DNA of 64,000 nt, from positions 2,645-66,644 of the IMG/VR virus record IMGVR_UViG_3300043640_000353. The stretch is one strand, 5' to 3'. Under the pieces are notes generated by a model. The model was not told the DNA's origin. It did not search any database and worked only from the letters and a program-made list of their open reading frames with translations. Numbering within the stretch: position 1 is the stretch's first letter; every line of letters starts with the position of its first letter. A program made the translations under genes and the position numbers. This DNA is from a virus. Below, in pieces: positions 20,277 through 30,038 of this stretch.

Positions 20277-21002
20277 TTATTTCATAATTACCCTTACAGT
20301 TTCATCTGCACCGGTGGTTGAATCAATTACCCAACCAATGATATTTGTGGCAGTTACTGAAGTATCCGTTACCTTAACATAACCGGCAACGGCATCATAA
20401 GAACTATATGCAACAGGACCATGAGCAAGGGCATCTGCAGATTTGCAATAGGTTATACAATATCCCATAAGAGCAACCGTACAATATTGACCATATACAG
20501 CATCCATTACGGCATAACCAATTTTGGTTGTACTTGCCGTGGCTGCTGTTAAAGGTTGGATTCTACCGGTTGTTGGATTAATTTCCACTGGCATCCCCTC
20601 AAAAATCTTTTTATTTACATCAGCCGCAACCACTGTTGCTTGTGACCCACCAGCCGTTACAACAAACCCAGTTAAAGGAATACCCGTTGTTTGATTATCT
20701 GGGACTACCATAATTACCCTGTCACTTGTACCGGCATCCACTACATAAGCATCCCTTACCCCGGCCATACCTGCGATGGCAGTGGCAATTGCTGCCATAG
20801 TGGTATCGGAATCTGTGGCAAAAGTTATAGCGGGAATTGCCACACCAGCAACATTACCATTAATAACATTGGCTGTAACCAATGCTGCTGAAAAAGTTAA
20901 TGAATGGGATAACCCTTCCACTTCAAATTCTTCATGTAACTTATGAGCTTCGGGGCCCTTAAGAAAAATTGTTTTTGATGGTGTACCGAATGTTGTTGGC
21001 AT
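20277..21002 (-). CDS. Head decoration/cement protein with an inserted domain shared with the sheath
   Basis: Between protease and MCP; residues ~32-128 align by eye to the sheath insertion. Confidence 0.7.
   Translation of the reverse strand: MPTTFGTPSKTIFLKGPEAHKLHEEFEVEGLSHSLTFSAALVTANVINGNVAGVAIPAITFATDSDTTMAAIATAIAGMAGVRDAYVVDAGTSDRVIMVVPDNQTTGIPLTGFVVTAGGSQATVVAADVNKKIFEGMPVEINPTTGRIQPLTAATASTTKIGYAVMDAVYGQYCTVALMGYCITYCKSADALAHGPVAYSSYDAVAGYVKVTDTSVTATNIIGWVIDSTTGADETVRVIMK
20776..20816. repeat. 41-bp exact direct repeat, copy 2 (decoration gene)
   Basis: Identical to 15074-15114. Confidence 0.95.
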
Positions 21003-21056
21003 GTTATATGTGTATAAGGTTAATATGTATGGTAATTTTGGTCTTTAGTTTGGGTA

Positions 21057-22511
21057 TTAGGATTTTGAATCGAAAATCCAACCCGATTTATTCTCATTAC
21101 GAATATCATCCAAAACATCTGCTACGGGTTTTGAAGTTGGATTTTCGGGAGCTGCCTTTGCGGTATTACGGGAAATTTCTGTACCACCGCAACCTTTACA
21201 TGAAGCCGGAAAATCTTTTTCCAATTCCTCATTATATTCCCTTAATGATACTTGTAGTTCGGATAATGTGTATTTATCGATCAATGCTAATTTAGCGGCA
21301 TCGACTTTTTCACCCTTTATTAAGCCATAAAGTCTTTTTACTTCAGAACGGGTATTGGAAACCAAATCATCTACCACCGGTTTTAATTCGGTAATTTTAC
21401 CTTCCTTTTCTGTAACCTTAGCTTTCTCTGCAACCAACTCAGTGGTTAATTGGGTGGTTTTGGTTTTCTCTGTTTCCAGTTCAGTTTTTGCCGAAACTAA
21501 TTCTGTTTTGGTTGTGGTTAATTCGGCAACTGTTGTATCGGCAGAACCTAGGGTATTTAAAATAAAATCCTCGGTAATTTCTGATTCAGGCTTTTTAAGT
21601 TTAATAGCCAATTTTTGGATTAATTCTTTCATATCATTTTCTGAGTTTATATTATCTAAATCATTTGATCTTGATAGAGAAGTAATGTCTTCGGGGTTTT
21701 TGTAGGAGAAAAAATAATGTTTGGGTTTTTCTTTACCCATTTGGGATAAACTGTAAACCCCTTCGGCATATTCCGGGTTTGTGATTTCCCCATTTGTACC
21801 AACCTTCATTGCAAAAGGATCAGCACCATGGGCAACTAATGAGGTTTCATGGTAATTAGGGATATCCGTAACTATTCTCCTAATTAAATTACCATCCGCA
21901 CCATAAGTTCCCAATTTACTCCAAAATTCATTTATATCTAAAGATGGGTGGGATGTTTCCCAGGCAAATTGAACCGTTACGGAGTTTGAATGAATAGCTG
22001 GGGGGTCCATTAAAATTTTACGGGCAAGATTGGGATGTGATTTAGCATCTATTTTAAATTCAGCATTGATACCCGCCGGTATTAATATACCTGAATCGGT
22101 GGTATATGATTTTTGCCAGGATACTGCTGATACAGAACCTACCTCATTACCCACTGAAGATTCATGATTGGCATATACAGTTTGCCCTAAAAGCTTATTT
22201 ATTGAAGCCTTTAAAACCCCATTCATTGAAAAATCAATGGGGTTATGTTTTTTATGAACAATGACCTCAGATAAAGCTCTGAATAATGGTTTTATAAAAT
22301 CACTATCCTTGGGAACTAAATCTTCTGCCTTAACATCTGGGTAATAAGTATGAAAGTTGGGCGTAGCTACTTCAAACAACCCAAATTTTTCAATTTCTAA
22401 ATCCTTGGAAACCTTATTATCCCCAACTTGAGCTATTGTTAGATTTTCGGGTCTATGGCCTATCATTAGACTTTGCGAAAAGCCTAGGGTAATCTTATCA
22501 TGAAATTTCAT
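21057..22511 (-). CDS. Prohead protease-scaffold fusion (putative)
   Basis: N-terminal VYANHE...SNSVTV...ETSLVAHGADP protease-like motifs; C-terminal coiled coil (TELVSAKTELETEK). Confidence 0.75.
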   Translation of the reverse strand: MKFHDKITLGFSQSLMIGHRPENLTIAQVGDNKVSKDLEIEKFGLFEVATPNFHTYYPDVKAEDLVPKDSDFIKPLFRALSEVIVHKKHNPIDFSMNGVLKASINKLLGQTVYANHESSVGNEVGSVSAVSWQKSYTTDSGILIPAGINAEFKIDAKSHPNLARKILMDPPAIHSNSVTVQFAWETSHPSLDINEFWSKLGTYGADGNLIRRIVTDIPNYHETSLVAHGADPFAMKVGTNGEITNPEYAEGVYSLSQMGKEKPKHYFFSYKNPEDITSLSRSNDLDNINSENDMKELIQKLAIKLKKPESEITEDFILNTLGSADTTVAELTTTKTELVSAKTELETEKTKTTQLTTELVAEKAKVTEKEGKITELKPVVDDLVSNTRSEVKRLYGLIKGEKVDAAKLALIDKYTLSELQVSLREYNEELEKDFPASCKGCGGTEISRNTAKAAPENPTSKPVADVLDDIRNENKSGWIFDSKS

Positions 22512-23983
22512 TATCTACGGGGTTTTTCTCTGGGTTTATTTTTCTCCCTAACCTTTTTGTCGGAAGCATCCTTTTTCTTTTCGGTTTGTTGTTTTGCCTC
22601 AGCTTCCGTTTGAACAGAAGCTCTTATGAATCGGGGTTTCTTTTGATTGGGTTTTTCAAAACCCATGGCATGGGCATATTGTTCTTGTCCCTGGATGCCA
22701 TCTAAATAAAGGGCATTCTCATTACGAATTTTAATTTCTCTTGCCTGTTCAGCTTTTAATTCATCCAATGCCGTTGGGGCATTGAATATGACCGTTAGGG
22801 TGTTAAATACAAATCCAGCTAACCGTAATTCCAGAGCATATCCGTATTCTAAACATCTGGCAATTGGATTTTGTATATTTTTTAATTGGGCAAGAAGCTT
22901 AGTAAAAATTACATTAATCTGAGTTTCGGATGTTCCATAGTTTCTACCCAACATTGAGGCATCCATTTTTAAACCCGATGACAATAGGAGTTCATTTAAT
23001 TGGAATAACTCACCAACACCAGCAAAATCCCGGGTTGCGGATTTAAAATCAAAGTCAGTATCATCTTTATACCCAACGGTAATACCATCCCTATAACCCA
23101 TCTGAACCCTCTTACGTGTATCTTCCAGGAATTTTTCTAATCTAGATACATATGCATCATAACTCTCACCCCCATTTTGTGAGGGTTTCTCCATGGTAAC
23201 ATGTAAAAATCCAAGAACCCCAATTTGTTCAACAATGAATTTTATATTATCCATCATTACTTTTTGTGTTCTTACAGATTCAAGAGAAGCCAGGTAAGGT
23301 GGTATTCCATAGGGAATATCAGTATCCCCATTTAGGGCATAATATCTATAGGTATTGGGATTTAATTTAACTAAATTATCCTCTGAGTTGGGTAATAGTC
23401 TATTTTTAAGATATTGATAGGGCTCATATTTTAATTTACCCCTGTGGTATTTCCAGCGTATATCTTCGGGATTAACCATTACCATGGATTGTATGCCAGT
23501 TAAGGATATATTTGGTACCCATTCAACTGATAATGCCCCAGATATAGCCATTTGGCTAATCATTTTATTTACCAAACCATTCATACCAGCTGATGATTCG
23601 GACCAAGATTTATCTTTAGCTCCCAGATGAGCTTTCATTTTATTGATAGCTTCCTCAGTAACTGCGGCATCAAATTTTATGGTATGACCAGTATTCCCAA
23701 GTTCAACCAAATTATTCATTGCCTGAGAAACATCTGGGTTTGAATATGCTAGCCAGCGTATATGGGGTATAATGGAAAGATTAAATAGGGGTTTTATTAC
23801 AGAATCTAGAGTATCTGCTATAAACAGATCCTGTTCAGATGAGGGTATGCTGGTTCTACCGGGGGGTAAAATAACGGGTATTTGTTGTTTAGATTTTGAA
23901 GCTTGGGATTCAATCCCAATATGAGATTTTTCAGATTTACCCCATTCAATAAGCTTTTTACCAAATATTTTAATTTCTCTCAT
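22511..23983 (-). CDS. Portal protein
   Basis: 490 aa between TerL and protease; SNPDVSQAM..., YGIPPYLASL, helical C-terminus. Confidence 0.85.
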   Translation of the reverse strand: MREIKIFGKKLIEWGKSEKSHIGIESQASKSKQQIPVILPPGRTSIPSSEQDLFIADTLDSVIKPLFNLSIIPHIRWLAYSNPDVSQAMNNLVELGNTGHTIKFDAAVTEEAINKMKAHLGAKDKSWSESSAGMNGLVNKMISQMAISGALSVEWVPNISLTGIQSMVMVNPEDIRWKYHRGKLKYEPYQYLKNRLLPNSEDNLVKLNPNTYRYYALNGDTDIPYGIPPYLASLESVRTQKVMMDNIKFIVEQIGVLGFLHVTMEKPSQNGGESYDAYVSRLEKFLEDTRKRVQMGYRDGITVGYKDDTDFDFKSATRDFAGVGELFQLNELLLSSGLKMDASMLGRNYGTSETQINVIFTKLLAQLKNIQNPIARCLEYGYALELRLAGFVFNTLTVIFNAPTALDELKAEQAREIKIRNENALYLDGIQGQEQYAHAMGFEKPNQKKPRFIRASVQTEAEAKQQTEKKKDASDKKVREKNKPREKPRR

Positions 23984-25488
23984 CGTGGCATAATTATTGG
24001 TCCTCCTACTTTTCCTTTTCTTATATAATTGGTAATAGCCTTACCTAAGATGGCATCATCACTAAATCCCTCATTACCTAAATTATCATCATCTGAATTA
24101 CTCTTCCTTCCTTTACCCATAGCAACTGGTCTATTTTCCTCATTATAAATAAAGGTATAGGCTTCTTGAACAAAGAAGGGATCATAGGTGGTAATATTGT
24201 TTAACCGTATATCTTCCTCTAATTGGGCAATAATTACTGGGCGGTTTTTGCTTGTGGTAATCCAACCGGGTATTGCTTCTTCCTTAGGTTTAGATTTATT
24301 TCTTTCCCTCAGGAATTTTTTGGAATAATAAAGTTTGGAATAACCCGCTTCCTGTATTTTTTCGGTTACTGCTAACCCCACGTCATTTGATTCGGGAGCT
24401 ATTGTTGCCATATTGTATTCTTTGCCTATTTTCATAAGTAAATCGGCAAAATGGCCAACTGAAATCTTTTGCTTATAAGAAGCATATTCCATTCCGTATC
24501 GGTCTAATATAGTAAAGGTAGAATAATCTCGTGATCTACCCGTGGAAATATCGGCGGCAATAAAATACTGCTCTCCCTTAACTGGTCTATGGTTAATGTA
24601 TAAACTCCCATTTCTTTCAACTGAGGCATATACAAATTCTGATATTTCATCCTCAATTGCCCTTATATCTGACAGGTTAAATACCGAGTTACCAGATGTT
24701 AGGAAATCCCCATCTATTTCCTGGGCTGTTCTCCTAGACCCAAGGATTTGAGCCATTTGATTATACCAAGCCATATCCCTTTCTGGATGCATTTGCCATC
24801 TCAAACGTATGGGATTAAATCCATTACCCCCGGAAAAAGCTCCTACCCACATTTGATGAAACCAATTACCTACTCCATAAGGTGTGGAATTAACAATTGC
24901 TGCACCACCCGTTGATAGTGTTGGGAAGGCTGCTGCCCAAATTTGATTTGCCCACCTAACTATTGCCGCCTCATCAATTACCAATAATGAAACTGCCTCA
25001 CCCCTACCAGCTTCTTCAGTTGTTGGGATTGAGGTAATCATTGAACCATTAACAAACTCCAGTTCAGTTGATGTACCTAAATCCTCCCCCCTGCCATTTG
25101 CAATTTCTACCTTTAAATGATCGGGTAGATTTTTGTACATGTATTTAATTTTCCGAAGGATTTTCTTAGCTACCCTTTCCTTAATCGAAACCATTACAAT
25201 GTTTTTGTTTGGGTGATACATTGCCAACCATAAACAATACATTGAAATTAATTCCGTAATCCCAGCTTGGCGGAATTTGAGTACAATATTCATCCTATGG
25301 GTTAGAAATTCCCAAAGAACGGATTTTTGAAAAGGGAAAAGATCAAATGGTACCTTTCCTCTTATTGGATGTATAAGGTAAATGAATTGAGCAAAGAAGA
25401 ATACATCAATAGCAGCCTTGGTTAATTCCTTGAATTCCTGGGTTGTGAGTACCGTTTTATGTATTTTCTTAGGATTCTTTTGTCCCAT
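23980..25488 (-). CDS. terL: Terminase large subunit
   Basis: LKFRQAGIT Walker A; LLVIDEAA Walker B; STPYG motif III; nuclease IAADISTG and DDAILG. Confidence 0.95.
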   Translation of the reverse strand: MGQKNPKKIHKTVLTTQEFKELTKAAIDVFFFAQFIYLIHPIRGKVPFDLFPFQKSVLWEFLTHRMNIVLKFRQAGITELISMYCLWLAMYHPNKNIVMVSIKERVAKKILRKIKYMYKNLPDHLKVEIANGRGEDLGTSTELEFVNGSMITSIPTTEEAGRGEAVSLLVIDEAAIVRWANQIWAAAFPTLSTGGAAIVNSTPYGVGNWFHQMWVGAFSGGNGFNPIRLRWQMHPERDMAWYNQMAQILGSRRTAQEIDGDFLTSGNSVFNLSDIRAIEDEISEFVYASVERNGSLYINHRPVKGEQYFIAADISTGRSRDYSTFTILDRYGMEYASYKQKISVGHFADLLMKIGKEYNMATIAPESNDVGLAVTEKIQEAGYSKLYYSKKFLRERNKSKPKEEAIPGWITTSKNRPVIIAQLEEDIRLNNITTYDPFFVQEAYTFIYNEENRPVAMGKGRKSNSDDDNLGNEGFSDDAILGKAITNYIRKGKVGGPIIMPR

Positions 25489-25532
25489 AATTTAGTTACC
25501 TTTTCCCATTTGTGATTAAGGGATATAAAAAA

Positions 25533-25577
25533 GAGGGTTAATTATAATATACTTATAGTATATATTATAATACCCTC
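25533..25577. promoter_or_regulatory. AT-rich long inverted repeat upstream of terL
   Basis: GAGGGT-ta-ATTATAATATAC-...-GTATATATTATAAT-ACCCTC. Confidence 0.55.
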
Positions 25578-25601
25578 CTAATATTCTTATCCCAAAGGAT
25601 C

Positions 25602-26294
25602 CTATTTATTCTTTTTACTTTCAGATTTAGGTTTTGTATTATCCTTACCAATACCCTTAAAAACCCTATTAATAAAGGATTCATAAGGTACAATATCATT
25701 CTTATCCATTCTCACTGTGGAATGAGAATGGATACCTGGAACAATTGATTTTATTACTTTCTCATCAAATTCCCAAAATTCTGATTCTTCCCAAGTTGGT
25801 GGTAAAGGTATATTGAAATCGGCCATTAATTTATTGGTTAATTCAATGAGTGATTGGATTTGTTTATCAGTATAGGAATGGTAATATCTTTTACCTCTCC
25901 AACCTTTAATATCCATATCCCATACCTCATCTTTGGGAATTTCTTTTCCTGCTATTTTATTTGGGAAAAGAGGGTAAAACATAAATTTACCTGCTTCCAA
26001 TTGAAGATTTCCGGCCGATACAATTTCTATGCCTATAGATTGTTTTTCAATATGATCATCATCACCTTTAACACCAGCATGGTATGCCCAATTATTTGGA
26101 TCAAATGTTTGGTAAATTGTACCATCCCTATCAATGACAAAGGCAGTACCCACGTGTTCGGGTGTTTGATTCCACCAATCAATGGCTCCAGTAGCAGTTG
26201 TACCAGCCGTATGATGCCAGAAGATCATAGTTTTTTTATCCGCTTTGGGATAAAATTGGGTATTTTTTAGTTGTTTGGTTTTTACAATATTCAT
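25602..26294 (-). CDS. Endolysin, N-acetylmuramoyl-L-alanine amidase (Amidase_2)
   Basis: IFWHHTAG; AFVIDRDGTIYQ; WAYHAG; SIGIEI; IHSHSTVRMDKND. Confidence 0.92.
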   Translation of the reverse strand: MNIVKTKQLKNTQFYPKADKKTMIFWHHTAGTTATGAIDWWNQTPEHVGTAFVIDRDGTIYQTFDPNNWAYHAGVKGDDDHIEKQSIGIEIVSAGNLQLEAGKFMFYPLFPNKIAGKEIPKDEVWDMDIKGWRGKRYYHSYTDKQIQSLIELTNKLMADFNIPLPPTWEESEFWEFDEKVIKSIVPGIHSHSTVRMDKNDIVPYESFINRVFKGIGKDNTKPKSESKKNK

Positions 26295-27322
26295 TTTGAT
26301 TTTGATTTAAGTTTAACCTTCATTAAACAATCTGCAAACCATTGACCTATTTCATAAGGAGGGCATTTTGTTGCAGTTACCCTTGCTTTATTAATGCAAT
26401 ATTGGTCTTTGGCTTTATCATACCATAATTTAAAATCATCTGGAATCCCCTGTATGCGGGCTAATTCCCTCGGGGACATAATATCACCCTTCGAATTGAA
26501 TTGCCTGTTCTGTTTTCGGGCAGTTAATGGGTAAGAATTAGCCAAATTTCTATAAACCCCGGGTAAATTTTTCATATTACCTTTACCCGTGGTTGTGGCA
26601 TCCCATTTTTTTCTATCTTCATATTCCTTACTGTTCCAAATTTCCTTGATTTTAGTCAAGCTTAGTTTTTTAAAATCCTTTTCCATACAAACAATGGTAC
26701 TGGATTTTTCCCTTACATGACATAAATGAGGATTAGGATAAATAAGATTTGATTCTAGTTCCAAACATTTCTTTAATCTTCCATTTTGTTGGTTTAATTT
26801 AAAATCTTTAAGTTTAAATACATTCTTACCCTTCCTTATTCCAACTATTATTAACCTTTGCCTAGAAATTTGAGAATTACCAAATGCACTAACCGAAACA
26901 TGGTATTTAATCAGATTATATTTTGGGAATTGTTTATCAAATTCATTCTCGGGAAAGCTTTTAAATAGGGTTGTTAGATTTTCAAATAGGAAAATCTTGG
27001 GTTTAAATCTTTTAACAGACCTTAGAAATAATTTCATAGTGGCATCCTTTTTAGCATTACCCAATTTTTTACCTCGGGAATAAGCAAGAGAAGATGAATG
27101 ACCACATGTGGGATGGGATATGATTATATTGGGCTTTTTATTAAATTCCATAACTAAACCATCAGAATTATATAATTTTTTTTCACCAAAATTTAATTTC
27201 CATTGTACATCTCCGGGTGTTTTATAATCTGACCTTGTTTCAATTGCCCCCATAACATACTTTTTCAGGGGATGAATCATAACCCCATTACCCGTAGATA
27301 TACCCAATATTTTTAGCTTCAT
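26291..27322 (-). CDS. Divergent C5-cytosine DNA methyltransferase (likely start MKLKILG at 27322)
   Basis: Motif I STGNG, IV HPTCG, VI FENL, VIII QISRQRLIIVG, IX RELARIQGIPDDF, X CPP. Confidence 0.85.
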   Translation of the reverse strand: MKLKILGISTGNGVMIHPLKKYVMGAIETRSDYKTPGDVQWKLNFGEKKLYNSDGLVMEFNKKPNIIISHPTCGHSSSLAYSRGKKLGNAKKDATMKLFLRSVKRFKPKIFLFENLTTLFKSFPENEFDKQFPKYNLIKYHVSVSAFGNSQISRQRLIIVGIRKGKNVFKLKDFKLNQQNGRLKKCLELESNLIYPNPHLCHVREKSSTIVCMEKDFKKLSLTKIKEIWNSKEYEDRKKWDATTTGKGNMKNLPGVYRNLANSYPLTARKQNRQFNSKGDIMSPRELARIQGIPDDFKLWYDKAKDQYCINKARVTATKCPPYEIGQWFADCLMKVKLKSKSK

Positions 27323-27375
27323 ATTTTCTTGTTTAAGATTATATAAAATGGTATTGCTAATTACTATTACTATAA

Positions 27376-27711
27376 ATGCCAAAGATAATCATCCTGGGAC
27401 ATAAAAAAATATCTGGATACGCTGTTATAAGTGATAAATTTGGTGAAATCTATTTTAGCAAGGAAGAACTAAATGCACTTTATTTTAAACTTTACCTTGA
27501 AAATAATATAGGCATAGAATATTTATCCTGGAGTGAATTACAAAAACTAAAATTGATAAGGTACCAATTAAAAAAAAGAATTAAATCCCAATATGGAACT
27601 ACCAACCTGGGTAGTAAGTTTACTATTGAAAAAATAATGACCTATTATAAATATTATGAAACAAAACGAAAGAAAGGATCTTGGAGTAGGGATTTTGGTT
27701 ACAAAGAATAA
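27376..27711 (+). CDS. Hypothetical protein (111 aa)
   Basis: First ORF of the plus-strand block. Confidence 0.5.
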   Translation: MPKIIILGHKKISGYAVISDKFGEIYFSKEELNALYFKLYLENNIGIEYLSWSELQKLKLIRYQLKKRIKSQYGTTNLGSKFTIEKIMTYYKYYETKRKKGSWSRDFGYKE

Positions 27712-27907
27712 CAGTTGTTTAATAGGTAAAATTATAGATATCGAAAAACATTATATTTCTGGTAAACCAACAGTTGCTACTGTTGCCTGGAAAGTAAGGT
27801 TTAAAAATAAAACCTTTATAAAAACCCAAACTTTAAAAATTTCTCTCCTTTTGGAATATATACCAAAAGCCAAAAAATGGTTTTCTTGGCTTAAGATTTT
27901 TAAATAA
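27656..27907 (+). CDS. Hypothetical protein (83 aa)
   Basis: ORF track; collinear with the block. Confidence 0.55.
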   Translation: MKQNERKDLGVGILVTKNNSCLIGKIIDIEKHYISGKPTVATVAWKVRFKNKTFIKTQTLKISLLLEYIPKAKKWFSWLKIFK

Positions 27908-27958
27908 ACTTCTGCTACAAGGTTTTCTATTTCTATGTGAATCAAAAAACAAACCAAT

Positions 27959-28639
27959 ATGAACGTATCCTTAGTGAGCTTAACCCAATCGCTCATAAAA
28001 AATGAAAGGGGAGAACAATTAAATCCTGAAGAGTTAATTGTTTATATTGCCCGGGTATCCAATCCGGGCAATCAAATGAATACCGAAACATCCAATAAGC
28101 TTATTGCTTACCTTATGAAAAACAAACACTGGAGTCCCCTAGAAATGGTGGATTTTACAATGGAAATTGTTACTTCTCGGGCCATTGCTGCGCAAATCCT
28201 AAGGCATTGGTCATTTAGTTTCCAGGAATTCTCTCAACGGTATGCCAAAGTAACTGAAATGGAACCCATCCAATTAAGATTACAGGCACAATCAAACCGG
28301 CAATCTTCCCTAGAAGAATGTAATCCAATCCTTAAAAACAATTCATCCGCCATGGATGCCATTAATGATTATTTACAAGCTGGCCAATCTTTATACAATC
28401 AATTATTGGATGCCGATGTTGCTAAGGAATGTGCTCGTATGATTTTACCATTAACTATTGGAACCAAAATTTATATGAAGGGTAGTGTAAGGGAGTGGGT
28501 TCATTATCTAACAACCCGTTGTGATTCTCATACCCAATTAGAACACAGGGAAATTGCCTTAGCTATTCAACAACATTTTATAACCTTATTCCCAAATATT
28601 TCTTCGGGGTTAAATTGGATATCAGATGCTAACGGATAA
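27959..28639 (+). CDS. thyX: Flavin-dependent thymidylate synthase
   Basis: HWSPLEM; RHWSFSFQEFSQRY (RHRx7SxR variant); KECARMILP; HTQLEHREIA. Confidence 0.95.
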   Translation: MNVSLVSLTQSLIKNERGEQLNPEELIVYIARVSNPGNQMNTETSNKLIAYLMKNKHWSPLEMVDFTMEIVTSRAIAAQILRHWSFSFQEFSQRYAKVTEMEPIQLRLQAQSNRQSSLEECNPILKNNSSAMDAINDYLQAGQSLYNQLLDADVAKECARMILPLTIGTKIYMKGSVREWVHYLTTRCDSHTQLEHREIALAIQQHFITLFPNISSGLNWISDANG

Positions 28640-28814
28640 TGATAAAATATTATTGGGCAAATACCATGGTAATAAATTAGTAGATGTGCCAGCTTCTTAT
28701 CTACTATGGCTTTGGGATCAAGAATGGTTTCAAAAATCCAAATTTACCCATGAATCTCAAATCCGAGAATATATCCAGGATAATTTACAAGTTCTAAGAA
28801 AAGAAATTAACTAA
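28626..28814 (+). CDS. DUF3820-like small protein
   Basis: LGKYHGNKLVDVPASYLLWL. Confidence 0.75.
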   Translation: MLTDNDKILLGKYHGNKLVDVPASYLLWLWDQEWFQKSKFTHESQIREYIQDNLQVLRKEIN

Positions 28815-28902
28815 TAATTGGGTGTTATCATAGTAAACGTAGTACTACAGCGCTAGTGATTGCTTATACTGCTTTAGGAATATCATTAATTAATCTAATA
28901 CA

Positions 28903-29328
28903 ATGGATGTTAAAAATTACCTGGTAGATACGGAAAAATCACAACCTTTTAAATATACCCCCTCACCACATATATGGGGTATGCTGGTTGATTGGGATAA
29001 TCATTACAGGGAAGCCCAACAAAAATTTAACATCACAAAACATAAAAGGCCCCATGACAATATAGATACCCTGTTTAATTTAAGGGAAAATATTGATATT
29101 GAGGGTAATTTAAAAATAAAGGATACATTTATAAAAGCTTATGGCCATTGGTATTTTAAAATAAATTTACTAATTTTATCCAATAATTGGGATTATAGAT
29201 TTGAAATATACCTTGAAGTAAAGAAAATGATCAATGATTTAAGACCTTTAACATTTGCTTTTAATCTCCAATGCCAAAAGATAGAGAATGGCAAATTTAC
29301 CGAAATATTTAAACCCTTTAATATTTAA
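28903..29328 (+). CDS. Hypothetical protein (141 aa)
   Basis: ORF track. Confidence 0.55.
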   Translation: MDVKNYLVDTEKSQPFKYTPSPHIWGMLVDWDNHYREAQQKFNITKHKRPHDNIDTLFNLRENIDIEGNLKIKDTFIKAYGHWYFKINLLILSNNWDYRFEIYLEVKKMINDLRPLTFAFNLQCQKIENGKFTEIFKPFNI

Positions 29329-29331
29329 GCT

Positions 29332-29961
29332 ATGTATGTACAAGAATATGAATTACCTAATCCAATTACACATCCCCATCTAGCCTTGGTAACCCAATCA
29401 TATATTGTTGACCATAGGTATTTGGTGTATTTATCCAGACCATCAATAAAGAGAAATGATGTGGTTGTAATATGTACCCATTTAAGAATAAGGTATAGGG
29501 ATAGGAAATTAAAAGATATACCCTATTCTGAATTATTTGCCATTAAAAATTCCTTATTTGGTAAGGAGATAGAAGCTATAATGGTTTTTCCAAAAGAATC
29601 TGACCATATTGATAATTCCCATACTTATCATTTATTCTGTTGGGATGGAATGAATGTACCTAATCTAAAGAAAATGTATACATATCAATCTGCCGGGGTA
29701 GATAAAGGCACAGTTAATATTATTGATGATACAAATTTAAAATTAAGGCATCCTGGATTATTAGTTGAAAATAGGCTAAGAGAAGCTATATCAAAGATGA
29801 AGGAAACTAAATCCACATTGGATTTTTGGATTGGGGACTGTAAAGAATGTAATAACCAAATACATTTAAGTGATAATTTACCCCAATGCCAATATTGCTT
29901 TCAAACCATTAAAGAGGGGGAATCCTGTACCAGTGATTTATGTACCGGTAAAATTAGATAG
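29332..29961 (+). CDS. Conserved phage protein with C-terminal Cys-rich (Zn-ribbon-like) region
   Basis: HLRIR...YSELFAIKNSLFGKEIEAIMVFPKES..D..HTYHLF; CKEC, CQYC motifs. Confidence 0.65.
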   Translation: MYVQEYELPNPITHPHLALVTQSYIVDHRYLVYLSRPSIKRNDVVVICTHLRIRYRDRKLKDIPYSELFAIKNSLFGKEIEAIMVFPKESDHIDNSHTYHLFCWDGMNVPNLKKMYTYQSAGVDKGTVNIIDDTNLKLRHPGLLVENRLREAISKMKETKSTLDFWIGDCKECNNQIHLSDNLPQCQYCFQTIKEGESCTSDLCTGKIR

Positions 29962-29965
29962 CTGT

Positions 29966-29996
29966 TTTGGTATTTGATTAAATTGTATTAATTTTA
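29966..29996 (+). promoter_or_regulatory. Bacteroidota-type promoter variant
   Basis: TTTG (29966)-N19-TAATTTTA (29989), upstream of ATG 30039. Confidence 0.55.
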
Positions 29997-30038
29997 TCTA
30001 TCTGAAAAAGAAATTAATTAGTGATAATGTAATATAAC

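Noticed and set aside
644-25000. Numerous plus-strand ORFs of 60-130 aa inside the structural operon
   Set aside because: Antisense to well-supported genes; no motifs or promoters
27959-28639. ThyX motif RHW instead of RHR as a sign of inactivity
   Set aside because: All other ThyX motifs are intact; one substitution is not enough to claim altered function
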